Positions 8,795-17,894 of a stretch of 32,000 nt of DNA are shown here, piece by piece. The stretch spans positions 750,001 through 782,000 of the forward strand of contig NC_022359.1 in NCBI RefSeq assembly GCF_000354175.2. Direction: 5' to 3'. The notes under the pieces were generated by a model. The model saw nothing but the letters and a program-made list of their open reading frames with translations. It ran no database searches and was not told the DNA's origin. Every line of letters starts with the position of its first letter. Position 1 is the stretch's first letter. Source of the stretch: Vibrio alginolyticus NBRC 15630 = ATCC 17749 (lineage in GTDB: Bacteria; Pseudomonadota; Gammaproteobacteria; Enterobacterales; Vibrionaceae). A program made the translations under genes and the position numbers.

Positions 8795-9409
8795 ATGGAT
8801 ATTTGGCAGCTTCTCCTTTTTATCCCTGCTTGCTTTGCTCTAAATATGGCTCCAGGCCCAAACAATTTATTGGCAATGAATAATGCTCGTTGTTACGGCT
8901 TTAGGGCCGCGTTTACGGCCAGTTTAGGCAGAATTGCTGCTTTTTCAGCGATGATTGCGTTGTCTGCATCAGGTCTGGCTGTGATTTTGTATACGTCAGA
9001 AATGCTATTTTTGGCAATAAAGCTGGTAGGGGCGCTGTATCTACTGTGGATTGCGTTCAACCTTTGGCGTTCAGAGTCCAGCCCGATCTCTGACTTGGAC
9101 AATTCGCGCAATTACGCAGGACTTGCGAAGCAAGAATTTACGCTTGCTGCTGGCAACCCGAAAGCGATACTTATTTTTACTGCATTCTTGCCGCAATTTG
9201 TTGATGCCAATGCCAACGTTCAAGAGCAGTTTTTTGCCCTTGGCTCCACGTTTTTGATATTAGAAATGGTCGCCATTTCAATCTATGCCATCTTTGGTTT
9301 GTACTTGAGACACTGGTTTTCAAATCCAAAAATGGCGAAACGTTTCAATCGCGGATGTTCGTTGTTTTTAGCAGCATCAGGTGCGAATTTGCTACTAAGT
9401 AAGCAATAA
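8795..9409 (+). CDS. LysE/RhtB family amino-acid (or small-metabolite) exporter
   Basis: 204 aa with about 6 predicted TM segments. It has the family N-terminal motif FALNMAPGPNNLLAMNNA and a typical size and hydropathy pattern. Confidence 0.9.
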   Translation: MDIWQLLLFIPACFALNMAPGPNNLLAMNNARCYGFRAAFTASLGRIAAFSAMIALSASGLAVILYTSEMLFLAIKLVGALYLLWIAFNLWRSESSPISDLDNSRNYAGLAKQEFTLAAGNPKAILIFTAFLPQFVDANANVQEQFFALGSTFLILEMVAISIYAIFGLYLRHWFSNPKMAKRFNRGCSLFLAASGANLLLSKQ

Positions 9410-9442
9410 CAACACATCATCTCTGTAGATTATTTTTCTATA

Positions 9443-9477
9443 AAAAGAGCCGCTGATGTTACATCAGCGGCTCTTTT
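9443..9477. terminator. Bidirectional rho-independent terminator (LysE gene / yaiL)
   Basis: Perfect 17-nt palindromic arms AAAAGAGCCGCTGATGT-T-ACATCAGCGGCTCTTTT. An A-run and T-run flank it, so either strand gives a hairpin plus U-tract. It sits between convergent genes. Confidence 0.85.
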
Positions 9478-9501
9478 CGTTGATGCATCGATTATTTATT
9501 G

Positions 9502-10023
9502 TTACCACATCAAATCGTCAGGCACGACGAAATCTGCGTATGGATCGTCTTCTGCTGGAATGTCAGATTCTGCTTCTTTCTGTTCGATGATGACGGACTC
9601 ATCACGTTGAGCAATTTTATTCGCTACTCCATGTGGAATGACAACATAGCTTTCACCAACAATTGCGATTGCCAAAATACCTTTGATCAACTGCTCGCGG
9701 ATAAGTGAATCTACATAAAGTGATTTCACTAGCGTACCGTGAGTGAAGTTGTATTTGATGTCGCCATCTTTTAAGTCGATCTTGTTCATCTCAATCAATT
9801 GATTGATCTGCGCTTTGATCTCTTTATTTAATCGCTCAGCATTTTGTTGCTCGCTCAATTGTTTATCACGCTCTAACTGTTGGCGTTTATTCTCTTCAAC
9901 CGCCGCTTTTACTTCGCGTGCTTGAACGCGTGATTTTTTTGAGCCTTTCTTCGCTTTCTTTAGTTTCTTTTCATTAACTAAGCCAGCTTTCAGCATTTGT
10001 TCTTGAAGGGTAAGTTTTGCCAT
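9502..10023 (-). CDS. yaiL: DUF2058 family protein YaiL (nucleoprotein/polynucleotide-associated)
   Basis: Strong match to E. coli YaiL from memory (MAKLTLQEQMLKAGLV...KKSRVQAREVKAAVEENK...LERDKQLSEQQ...DDPYADFVVPDDLMW). Confidence 0.92.
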   Translation of the reverse strand: MAKLTLQEQMLKAGLVNEKKLKKAKKGSKKSRVQAREVKAAVEENKRQQLERDKQLSEQQNAERLNKEIKAQINQLIEMNKIDLKDGDIKYNFTHGTLVKSLYVDSLIREQLIKGILAIAIVGESYVVIPHGVANKIAQRDESVIIEQKEAESDIPAEDDPYADFVVPDDLMW

Positions 10024-10146
10024 GTTTCATCCAGTTAGTGCGCAATTTTGGGCATTTTACCCACTATTGCCACTTGTAGTAAATAATAGTGCTTTCTATG
10101 GGTCTAAAATGTTTGGTTGGCTTGTTGTCTCTTTAATGGAAAGTGC

Positions 10147-10171
10147 AAAGCGGGCCTTCTCCAAAGCCCGC
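10147..10171 (-). terminator. Probable terminator after doeD
   Basis: GC stem GCGGGC (10150-10155) / GCCCGC (10166-10171) with a 10-nt loop. On the minus strand it is followed by TTTGCACTTTCC, 25 nt after the doeD stop. Confidence 0.4.
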
Positions 10172-10195
10172 GAGCATTACTGAAATCTAGGTGGG

Positions 10196-11599
10196 TTATG
10201 GCTGCCACTGTTTAGATGTGACGAGGTTATCCATCACTTTGTTTACCGCTTGATGCGCTTTGTCGACAATGGTGTCTATATCGTTACGGTTCGCGATAAG
10301 CGGTGGAGCAAATCCGAGGATGTCACCATGTGGCATGGCGCGAGCGATTAAGCCTTGCTCTAAACAGGCCGCCGCGATTTGCGGGCCTACTTTCAAGTTT
10401 GGATCAAAGTGTGCACGGCGGAGCTTGTCTGAAGAAAACTCCAACGCATGCAACAAGCCAACGCCACGAGTATCACCGACCAATGGATGATCGTTAAACG
10501 TCTCCGCCATGCGTTGCTGCAAGTAAGCGCCGACTTCGGCTGCGTTTTGCACCAGGCCTTCACGTTCAATGATATCGAGGTTGCAGTTCGCGGCTGCCGC
10601 TCCCATTGGGTGACCAGAGTAGGTATAACCGTGTCCGATAGCACCCCATTGGTCGGTGCCGTTTTCTAGCACACTCCAAACTCGTTCACCGACGATCACG
10701 CCAGACAGCGGTTGATACGCTGAGGTTAACCCTTTCGCTACCGTGATGAGATCTGGTTTCATGTCGTAGTGGAGTGAGCCAAAATCGGAGCCGAGGCGAC
10801 CAAAGCCACACACCACTTCATCCGCAATCAAGAGTACATCGTATTTGTCGAGTACTTTGCGAATCGCCTGCCAGTACCCTGCTGGTGGTGGCACAATACC
10901 GCCAGTACCGAGCACTGGTTCCGCAATCATTGCTGCTACCGTTTCTGGGCCTTCTTCCAAGATCATCGCTTCGAGTTGATCTGCGCAATATTGAGAGAAT
11001 TCAAGCTCAGACATACTCTCGTCTTCACGGCGATAATAATATGGCGCGATGGTGTGTTTGATACGCTCAAGTGGTAAATCAAAATGGGCGTGGAACAACG
11101 GTAAACCTGTCAGTGAACCGGACGCGATACTTGAACCATGGTAGCCGCGGTCACGCGAAATGATTTTTTTCTTCTCTGGTAGACCACGAGCATTGTTGTA
11201 ATACCACACCAACTTAAGTTGAGTTTCGTTCGCGTCGCTGCCTGACATGCCGTAGTAAACTTTGCTCATGCCTTCAGGCGCCATTTTGATGATGCGATCT
11301 GACAGTGTCACGAGCGCTTCGTTCGTATGGCCGACGTAAGTGTGGTAGTACGCCAGTTCTTTGGCTTGCTCATAAATCGCATCGGCCATTTCGGTCCTGC
11401 CATAGCCAATGTTTACACAATACAACCCGGCAAAGCCGTCTATCAGCTCGATGCCTTCTGAATCGGTGATGCGTATTCCGCTTCCGCTCGAGATAATTCT
11501 TCCCGGAAGCTCCCCGGCCGCATACTGCTTCAGGTGGGTTGAGGCATGAAATACTCTCTGACGATCGATCTCTAAAAGTTGTTGGGTTTTGTTACTCAT
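10196..11599 (-). CDS. doeD: Class III (omega) aminotransferase, DoeD-like L-2,4-diaminobutyrate transaminase
   Basis: Aminotransferase class III fold (GSDANETQLKL, IAEPVLGTGGIVPPP, LLIADEVVCGFGRLG, PLP-Lys context DLITVAKGLTSAY). Last gene of the doe-type cluster. Start at ATG 11599 with GGAGAAGG upstream; the track start at 11644 is TTG. Confidence 0.85.
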   Translation of the reverse strand: MSNKTQQLLEIDRQRVFHASTHLKQYAAGELPGRIISSGSGIRITDSEGIELIDGFAGLYCVNIGYGRTEMADAIYEQAKELAYYHTYVGHTNEALVTLSDRIIKMAPEGMSKVYYGMSGSDANETQLKLVWYYNNARGLPEKKKIISRDRGYHGSSIASGSLTGLPLFHAHFDLPLERIKHTIAPYYYRREDESMSELEFSQYCADQLEAMILEEGPETVAAMIAEPVLGTGGIVPPPAGYWQAIRKVLDKYDVLLIADEVVCGFGRLGSDFGSLHYDMKPDLITVAKGLTSAYQPLSGVIVGERVWSVLENGTDQWGAIGHGYTYSGHPMGAAAANCNLDIIEREGLVQNAAEVGAYLQQRMAETFNDHPLVGDTRGVGLLHALEFSSDKLRRAHFDPNLKVGPQIAAACLEQGLIARAMPHGDILGFAPPLIANRNDIDTIVDKAHQAVNKVMDNLVTSKQWQP

Positions 11600-11640
11600 G
11601 ATCCTTCTCCTCGAATAATTGGATATCCATATTTCGTGTC

Positions 11641-13161
11641 TCAACTGCCACTGACGGTTGGTAAAGCGCCTAAGCAGCAGTATTTGATTTCACTGTATTC
11701 TTCAAATCCGTGACGGCTTCCTTCTCGTCCAAGACCAGACTGTTTCACGCCGCCGAATGGGATAGGGTGCCCTGTCATTTTGACGGAGTTCACGCTCACC
11801 ATGCCAAACTCCAAACCGCGCATGCAGTGCCAAATTTGGTGAATATCGTGACCATAAACATAGGCAGCTAAGCCGTACTCAGTGTCGTTGCTCATTTCAA
11901 TCACGGTATCTAAGTCTTGGTAAGGCAATACGCCTGCCACAGGACAAAAATTCTCTTCGCGATACACCGCCATTTCTGGGGTTACATCGGCTAGCAATGT
12001 CGGCGCGAAGAAGTTTTCGCCTGGTACGGGCTGGTGGTATCCCGCTACCAATCGCGCGCCTTTGTCGAGCGCGTCACGCACCAAATCATGCGCTTTATCC
12101 ACCGCAGTGCGATTAATAAGCGGTCCCATGGTGGTTTTTTCGTCTAAGCCATTGCCCAAAACGATGTGGCTCATTTCTTTGGCAAACGCTTCCAAAAACG
12201 CTTCGTACTTATCGTCAGGGACGAATATACGGTTTGCGGCCAAGCAGTCTTGTCCTGCGGTTTGAAACTTCGCATCCACGGCGGCTTTCGCTGCTTGCTC
12301 GACATCCATATCTGGCAGCACGATGAAAGGGGCGTTACCACCGAGCTCCATACTGCACTTCTTCACGGTTTGTGCCGCGTCGCGTAGCAATAGTTTGCCT
12401 ACTCGAGTTGAGCCTGTGAACGAGAGCGCTTTGACTTTATCGGAGTGACACAAGGCTTGTGACACCATCACCGCATCGCCAGTGATCACGTTAAAGACAC
12501 CAGGTGGAAAGCCAGCTCGGTCTGCTAACTCTGCCAACGCTAACGCAGAAAAAGGCGTTTCACTGGCGGGCTTAATGAGCACCGGACAGCCTATTGCTAG
12601 TGCGGCAGCGGCTTTGCGTGTGATCATGGCATTAGGAAAGTTCCATGGCGTAATCAGTGCTGCGACACCAATTGGCTCGCGCACCGTTGATAGCTGCGCA
12701 TTCGGAATATGACTTGGGATGGTTTCGCCATAACTGCGGCGTGCTTCTTCGGCAAACCAACGAACAAAGGATGCGCCGTAGTCAATCTCACCTACAGCAT
12801 CACCTAGTGTTTTTCCTTGCTCCATCACCATCAAATGAGCAAGGTCTTGCTTTGATTCTAGAATCAGGTCGTGCCAACGCATGAGAATTTCAGCGCGCTC
12901 TTCTGCTTGCATTTTTCGCCATTGACGAAAGGCTTGGTCGGCTTCATCAATCGCTTGATAGAGTTGTTGCTGAGATAGCTTAGTGATGTAACCGATGACC
13001 GTGCCATCTGCTGGATTATCCACCGGATGAAATTGATCACCACTTACCCATTTGCCATTCACGTACGCTAAACCTCTCACCAAACGTACGTCTTTCATTA
13101 TCGCCATCATGTCGTGTGAGGCTTTTAATTCTTCAGTGTGTAAGCTGTGCAGTGCTGCCAT
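11641..13161 (-). CDS. doeC: NAD(P)-dependent aldehyde dehydrogenase, DoeC-like aspartate-semialdehyde (oxidising) dehydrogenase; GabD-related
   Basis: ALDH superfamily (ITPWNFP, catalytic region ELGGNAPFIV and GQDCLAANR, EEYSEIKY). Its position between doeX and doeD matches the Halomonas elongata order. Start ATG 13161 is preceded by GGAGAAGG; an internal start at MKDVRL is possible. Confidence 0.85.
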   Translation of the reverse strand: MAALHSLHTEELKASHDMMAIMKDVRLVRGLAYVNGKWVSGDQFHPVDNPADGTVIGYITKLSQQQLYQAIDEADQAFRQWRKMQAEERAEILMRWHDLILESKQDLAHLMVMEQGKTLGDAVGEIDYGASFVRWFAEEARRSYGETIPSHIPNAQLSTVREPIGVAALITPWNFPNAMITRKAAAALAIGCPVLIKPASETPFSALALAELADRAGFPPGVFNVITGDAVMVSQALCHSDKVKALSFTGSTRVGKLLLRDAAQTVKKCSMELGGNAPFIVLPDMDVEQAAKAAVDAKFQTAGQDCLAANRIFVPDDKYEAFLEAFAKEMSHIVLGNGLDEKTTMGPLINRTAVDKAHDLVRDALDKGARLVAGYHQPVPGENFFAPTLLADVTPEMAVYREENFCPVAGVLPYQDLDTVIEMSNDTEYGLAAYVYGHDIHQIWHCMRGLEFGMVSVNSVKMTGHPIPFGGVKQSGLGREGSRHGFEEYSEIKYCCLGALPTVSGS

Positions 13162-13316
13162 GAGTCCTTCTCCCAGCATCGTTGTCCATAATGAAACTGT
13201 AATGGAGAAGTGACCGAAATAATTTCTGATACCGAGGTTTAAAACGTCAGAACTTTCTTTTTAGTGCCGTTAAATATGGTGTTTTTTCTGTTCACGCCTG
13301 ATACGCATTTTCCCTT

Positions 13317-13796
13317 TTATAACAAAGCGTTTTGGTTTACTTCGAATGTGCCCGCATCACGTTTGATTGTTTTTGTCACAATGTAAGTAAAGTAGCGCTC
13401 AATGCCCACATCTGAGTCTAACCAGTTGTCGATAAGCCGCTGATATTGGTCGATATCTTCTGACTGAATTTTAAGGATGTAATCGATACCACCGCCCGTG
13501 GCATAGCAATCAGTGACTTCTGGTGAATGTTGAACCAGTTGCTCGAAGCGTTTGAACGCTTGGGCGTTGTGTTCTTTGAGCGTAACTTCAACCATAACCG
13601 ACGTTCGTTTGAACAAAATATCGGTATTTACTTTTGCTCCGTAACCTTCAATGATGCCTGCTTCTTCCAGTTTTTTGACGCGCTCCCAGCAAGGGCTCAC
13701 GGATAGGTTGATGGCCTCGGCAAGGTGAGATTTGGTGATACGACCATTATCATGAAGTATTTGTAGAATTTTTACGTCGTAGCGATCGAGGCGCAT
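13317..13796 (-). CDS. doeX: Lrp/AsnC family transcriptional regulator, DoeX-like
   Basis: 159 aa with an AsnC-type HTH (LDRYDVKILQILHDNGRITKSHLAEAINLSVSPCWERVKKLE) plus a RAM/ligand domain. It is located between the doeB-like and doeC-like genes. Confidence 0.88.
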   Translation of the reverse strand: MRLDRYDVKILQILHDNGRITKSHLAEAINLSVSPCWERVKKLEEAGIIEGYGAKVNTDILFKRTSVMVEVTLKEHNAQAFKRFEQLVQHSPEVTDCYATGGGIDYILKIQSEDIDQYQRLIDNWLDSDVGIERYFTYIVTKTIKRDAGTFEVNQNALL

Positions 13797-13919
13797 TATG
13801 GGTCTCCCTGTTGAATACTAATCATTTCATAAAGGCTGATGACTGGTCGCTGTTATAAGGTGCTTTCCAGTTTGCTTCTGGTATGCCATTTGTTTTGATT
13901 TCTTTAGTTGGCTTTTCAA

Positions 13920-14927
13920 TCAGCCTATCTCGCCGCAGTCTTCGGCTATAACTGCGATAGTGTCACCGATATTCACCATAGCAGGAAAACGACGTGCCGC
14001 GAAAATACCATTGCGCTGTGACTTGTACTCAACGGGGGCGGTACCTGTGCGCTCGGTCGAGAAGATTCTCACTAATACATCTCCCTTTTTGACGGTATCG
14101 CCAAGATCAAATAAGTATTCTGTGATGCCGTGGTGCTGGCTTTGCACATAACAACTTGCATCAGGCATATCTAATAACTTAGTTGGTTGGGTTGGTTGTT
14201 CGTAGTCACCGGGCAAGTTGCCTGAGAAGCGTAAGAAGTTGCGAATGCCACGGTCGGAACAAGCGATGGTTTCTGGAGTGCTGGTTCCGCCTCCTCTTAG
14301 TTCGGTGGTAACAAAGATTTTTCCCTGAGACTCCACGGCAGTGTCATACAGGCTGGTGGCGTCCATTTCGAGCAAGATCATGGTGTAAGGTGCGCCAAAC
14401 AGTTTTGCACCTAATATGCAGGCTTCTTCTTGATCGAGATTGTCGAGACGATGGGCAGCGGCGAACGGCACGATATCTAACGTTTTACCACCTGAGTGAA
14501 TGTCTAACGCAAAATCGCACTTAGGAACTAGGTAACGAGTAAAATAATCCGCAATTTTCTCGGTCACTGTGCCTATGGGGTTGCCGGGAAAGCTGCGATT
14601 TAAATTCCCTTTATCGATAAACGACGTACGTGAGGCATTTTGTACCGCAGGTAAGTTCATCATGGGTACAATAATGACACGACCTTGGATTTGATCTGCC
14701 TGAAGCGAGTTCGTCAATTTTAGCAGGCTGGTGATGCCTTCGTATTCGTCTCCGTGATTACCGCCAGTAAGCAGTGCGGTTGGTCCGTGACCATTTTTGA
14801 TCACGGTGATAGGTATCATAATACTGCCCCAAGCGGAGTCGTCATGTGAATAGGGCAGCGTTAAAAAGCCGTGCTGTACACCTTCTCGGTCAAAGTCTAT
14901 GGTGGCTGTGATCGAGCTTTTTTGCAT
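13920..14927 (-). CDS. doeB: AstE/AspA (succinylglutamate desuccinylase/aspartoacylase) family deacylase, DoeB-like N-alpha-acetyl-L-2,4-diaminobutyrate deacetylase
   Basis: Zn-ligand motifs of the family (GGNHGDEYEG, DIHSGG). 335 aa. Immediately downstream of the doeA-like gene. SD AAAGGA precedes the ATG. Confidence 0.85.
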   Translation of the reverse strand: MQKSSITATIDFDREGVQHGFLTLPYSHDDSAWGSIMIPITVIKNGHGPTALLTGGNHGDEYEGITSLLKLTNSLQADQIQGRVIIVPMMNLPAVQNASRTSFIDKGNLNRSFPGNPIGTVTEKIADYFTRYLVPKCDFALDIHSGGKTLDIVPFAAAHRLDNLDQEEACILGAKLFGAPYTMILLEMDATSLYDTAVESQGKIFVTTELRGGGTSTPETIACSDRGIRNFLRFSGNLPGDYEQPTQPTKLLDMPDASCYVQSQHHGITEYLFDLGDTVKKGDVLVRIFSTERTGTAPVEYKSQRNGIFAARRFPAMVNIGDTIAVIAEDCGEIG

Positions 14928-14981
14928 ATCAAGTCCTTTTAGTTCTCAGATCTAGCTCAACAGAGCTTGAGGTTTGAAAAA

Positions 14982-16169
14982 TTAGTGTTTAACAAATAAG
15001 TGGCGTGGAAAGTCACACAGCGTTTTTGCTCCATCATGGGTAATGACGATACTTTCCGTTGTTTCTAACCCCCAATCTTTGAACCACAGTCCCGGCATAA
15101 AATGGAATGTCATGCCTTCTCTCAAGATGGTTTTATCGGTGTCTCGCAAACTCATGGTTCGTTCCCCCCAATCTGGCGGGTAGCTCAAACCTATTGGATA
15201 GCCACAACGGGCGCCTTCGCGTGAGAATCCCGCTTTATCGAGAACCTGGTTTAGTGCATTGGCGATGTCGGCGCAGGTATTTCCGGGCTTTGCCACTTTT
15301 AGGCCTGCTTCAAGTCCTAAAGTTAGGGCTTCGTCGGCTCGTTTGAACTTGTCGTCAGGCTCGCCAAGAAAAATAGTGCGTGAGAGTGGGCAATGGTAAC
15401 GGCGGTGCGCCCCTGCGATTTCAAAAAACGTCCCTTCGCCTTTCTTGAAGGGTCTGTCATCCCAAGTCAGGTGAGGTGCGGAAGCATCAGAACCTGATGG
15501 CAAAAGCGGCACAATCGCGGTGTAATCGCCAAAGTGGTCTTCATGCCCGAGCACGGCTTGGCGGTTAATCTCGGCAACAAGGTGGTGTTTCGGTAATCCT
15601 GGTTCAATCATGTCGAACGCGACGCGGTGCATATTTTCAACAATGCGAGCGGCACGGTACATGTACGCCAGTTCTTGATCGGATTTAACGGCGCGGCACC
15701 AGTTGACTAGTCCAGTTGCATCGAGAAGTTGAGCATTCGGTAGGTGCGTAGTGAGTGATTCGTAAGCGGTGGCGCTAAAGTAATAGTTATCTTTTTCTAC
15801 GCCGATGCGACCACGATCCCAAAGGCGCGAAGCCAGTACGGCTTCGACCAGGAAATCCATCGGGTGTAGCGGCGGATTCATTACATAATGGTCTGGATAG
15901 TAGGTGATGTTTTCTGCCGACATATACGCAGTCCTGTATGCTCCGTTGGCATCTTGGCAGCGTCCAAACCAAACGGGTTCATCAGATGGACCAACAACGA
16001 CACATTGTGGCACGTAAAAAGACCACCCATCATAGCCTGTTAGCCACGCCATGTTAGAAGGGTCATGAATGATAAGGACATCCAATTCTCTTTCTTCCAT
16101 CGATTGCCGAACTTTCGTTAACCGATCCTGGAACTCATCCAGTGTAAAATGCAAAGCAACGCCTCTCAT
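14982..16169 (-). CDS. doeA: M24 (creatinase/Xaa-Pro peptidase fold) hydrolase, DoeA/EutD-like ectoine hydrolase
   Basis: 395 aa with a creatinase-type N-domain and a pita-bread C-domain (WLTGYDGWSFYVPQ, PHLTWDDRP, FFEIAGAHRRYHCPLSRT). First gene of a doeA-B-X-C-D ordered cluster. SD AAGGAGAA precedes the ATG. Confidence 0.85.
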   Translation of the reverse strand: MRGVALHFTLDEFQDRLTKVRQSMEERELDVLIIHDPSNMAWLTGYDGWSFYVPQCVVVGPSDEPVWFGRCQDANGAYRTAYMSAENITYYPDHYVMNPPLHPMDFLVEAVLASRLWDRGRIGVEKDNYYFSATAYESLTTHLPNAQLLDATGLVNWCRAVKSDQELAYMYRAARIVENMHRVAFDMIEPGLPKHHLVAEINRQAVLGHEDHFGDYTAIVPLLPSGSDASAPHLTWDDRPFKKGEGTFFEIAGAHRRYHCPLSRTIFLGEPDDKFKRADEALTLGLEAGLKVAKPGNTCADIANALNQVLDKAGFSREGARCGYPIGLSYPPDWGERTMSLRDTDKTILREGMTFHFMPGLWFKDWGLETTESIVITHDGAKTLCDFPRHLFVKH

Positions 16170-16440
16170 ATTTTCTCCTTGTTAGAAATCCGACGCCTTA
16201 TGGGCCTTCGGAGACGCTGAGGTATTTCTACCTTCTACCAGCTAGCCAGATCTGCGTTAAAAATGATTGCAATTTACCTCTGGGGTTGTATTTGGATTGA
16301 ACGATGCTGTTTAACATGTTTGTTTAACCCATACATTTCATGTCAATCATTACAATTGTGGTTTATTTTTGTGCATTTCACCTCGTTTTGTGAGTTAAAG
16401 TTCGCCAATTGTTAAATGGAAGTTACAATGAGCGTTAAAA

Positions 16441-17874
16441 ATGAATCAATTAAAATATTGTGTCATGACAATTTCTTTGAACCCGATCATTCGGCCAGGC
16501 ATCGCTAAATACATCTCCATTGGTAACTATCTTGTCGAATGTGTCCGCAGTGGTTATCTAAAACCGGGGACTCGATTACCCACACATCGTGAGTTTGCAG
16601 AACAAATTGGCGTCAGCGTACAAACGGTGAGCCATGCATATGGTTATGCAGAGAAAAAAGGGGCGATCGAGTCTTGGGTTGGGAATGGTACTTTTGTCAA
16701 ATCAGGTTTTGTGGATGAAAGTACGGACACGGAGTTCATGCTGACACAAGAGATGAAAGAAACGCCGGATGAAATTGATATGTCGATTGCACATCCGGTG
16801 GTGACCGATCGCCACATTACGCTTTTTAATCAGGCGTTAATGGAGATTGCTGGGCAAACAAACAATCGTGGTTTGATCAGTAAAGCAAAGCCGGTAACAG
16901 GTCAGCCTCATCATATTGAGTCAGGAGCACGATTTCTAAGTAGCCAAGGGCTGGATGTGGGTGGCGATCAAATATTACTCACAAATGGAGCATGCCATGG
17001 TTTAACGTTGGCTTTAAGCACAGTTGTTGAACACGGTGATTTAGTTGCTTGTGGTCACTTGGTTGATCATGGCTTGATCTCTCGCTCGAGAATGCTTGGA
17101 TTTAAGTTGCAACCACTTGAAATGGATGAGTTTGGTATAACGCCGGATGCATTTGAATGGGCATGTAAACACAAACCAATCAAGGTATTGTGTTGCACAC
17201 CGAGCATGGCTAACCCGACTAGTGCGCATATGGATGTTGAACGCCGAGAGGCGATAGCGAATATTGCGCAGCAATACGACATCTATGTCATTGAAGATGA
17301 CGTGTATGGAGCACTAGAACCTAACCGTGTCCCACCCCTTGCCACATTGTTACCCGAACAAGCTTTCTATGTCACCAGTTTAACCAAAGTTGTAGCGCCA
17401 GGCATGCGCACTGGCTATCTGACGGTCCCACGTCATTTTTTGCAGCACGCGATTGGTCGTTTAGCGGCAACGAGTTGGTCCGCGACTCCATTACCATTTG
17501 AAGTCGCCCATTTGTGGATCGAAAACGGTACGTTAAATCGACTTATTCGCTTTCAAGTCAATGAGTTTGCTAAGCGACAGCGAATAGCAAAAGCCGCTTT
17601 AGAAGGGCATGTTTATAGCTCGCACCCGAATGGACAGCACATTTGGTTGAGACTACCCGAGCAGTGGAATAGCGATGATCTGGTTGCTTCGGCTAAGCGT
17701 TCAGGGGTGCAGATCACGGGATACAAACCGTTTGTTCTCGATACTAATCAGCCAATGCCTTACGTGCGAATCAGTTTGGGAGCAGAAACAAACCGAGGCT
17801 ACATCAAACACGGGTTATCTGTGATTGCTGAAATTCTCGATACCAACCCTCCCACCTCACATTTTTTGGTTTGA
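16441..17874 (+). CDS. MocR/GabR-type regulator (GntR HTH fused to a PLP aminotransferase-fold domain), EnuR-like
   Basis: N-terminal GntR winged helix (LPTHREFAEQIGVSVQTVSHAYGYAEKKGAI) plus a fold-type I aminotransferase domain with PLP-Lys motif SLTKVVAPGMRTGY. Divergent from doeA across a 271-bp intergenic region. The start is uncertain (ATG 16441 or 16465). Confidence 0.85.
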   Translation: MNQLKYCVMTISLNPIIRPGIAKYISIGNYLVECVRSGYLKPGTRLPTHREFAEQIGVSVQTVSHAYGYAEKKGAIESWVGNGTFVKSGFVDESTDTEFMLTQEMKETPDEIDMSIAHPVVTDRHITLFNQALMEIAGQTNNRGLISKAKPVTGQPHHIESGARFLSSQGLDVGGDQILLTNGACHGLTLALSTVVEHGDLVACGHLVDHGLISRSRMLGFKLQPLEMDEFGITPDAFEWACKHKPIKVLCCTPSMANPTSAHMDVERREAIANIAQQYDIYVIEDDVYGALEPNRVPPLATLLPEQAFYVTSLTKVVAPGMRTGYLTVPRHFLQHAIGRLAATSWSATPLPFEVAHLWIENGTLNRLIRFQVNEFAKRQRIAKAALEGHVYSSHPNGQHIWLRLPEQWNSDDLVASAKRSGVQITGYKPFVLDTNQPMPYVRISLGAETNRGYIKHGLSVIAEILDTNPPTSHFLV

Positions 17875-17894
17875 GCGATAGGTTATTTATGCTT

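Noticed and set aside
16189-16212. A hairpin in the doeA leader (UCCGA..GCC-loop-GGC..UCGGA) as a riboswitch or attenuator.
   Set aside because: It is short and imperfect, does not overlap the SD (AAGGAGAA at 16173-16180), and matches no riboswitch class I recognise.
16170-16440. A sigma-54 promoter in the doeA/MocR intergenic region (TTGCA near 16247-16251 on the minus strand).
   Set aside because: The GG element is 4 nt out of register with the -24/-12 spacing (TGGCAC-N5-TTGCA), so it is not a match.
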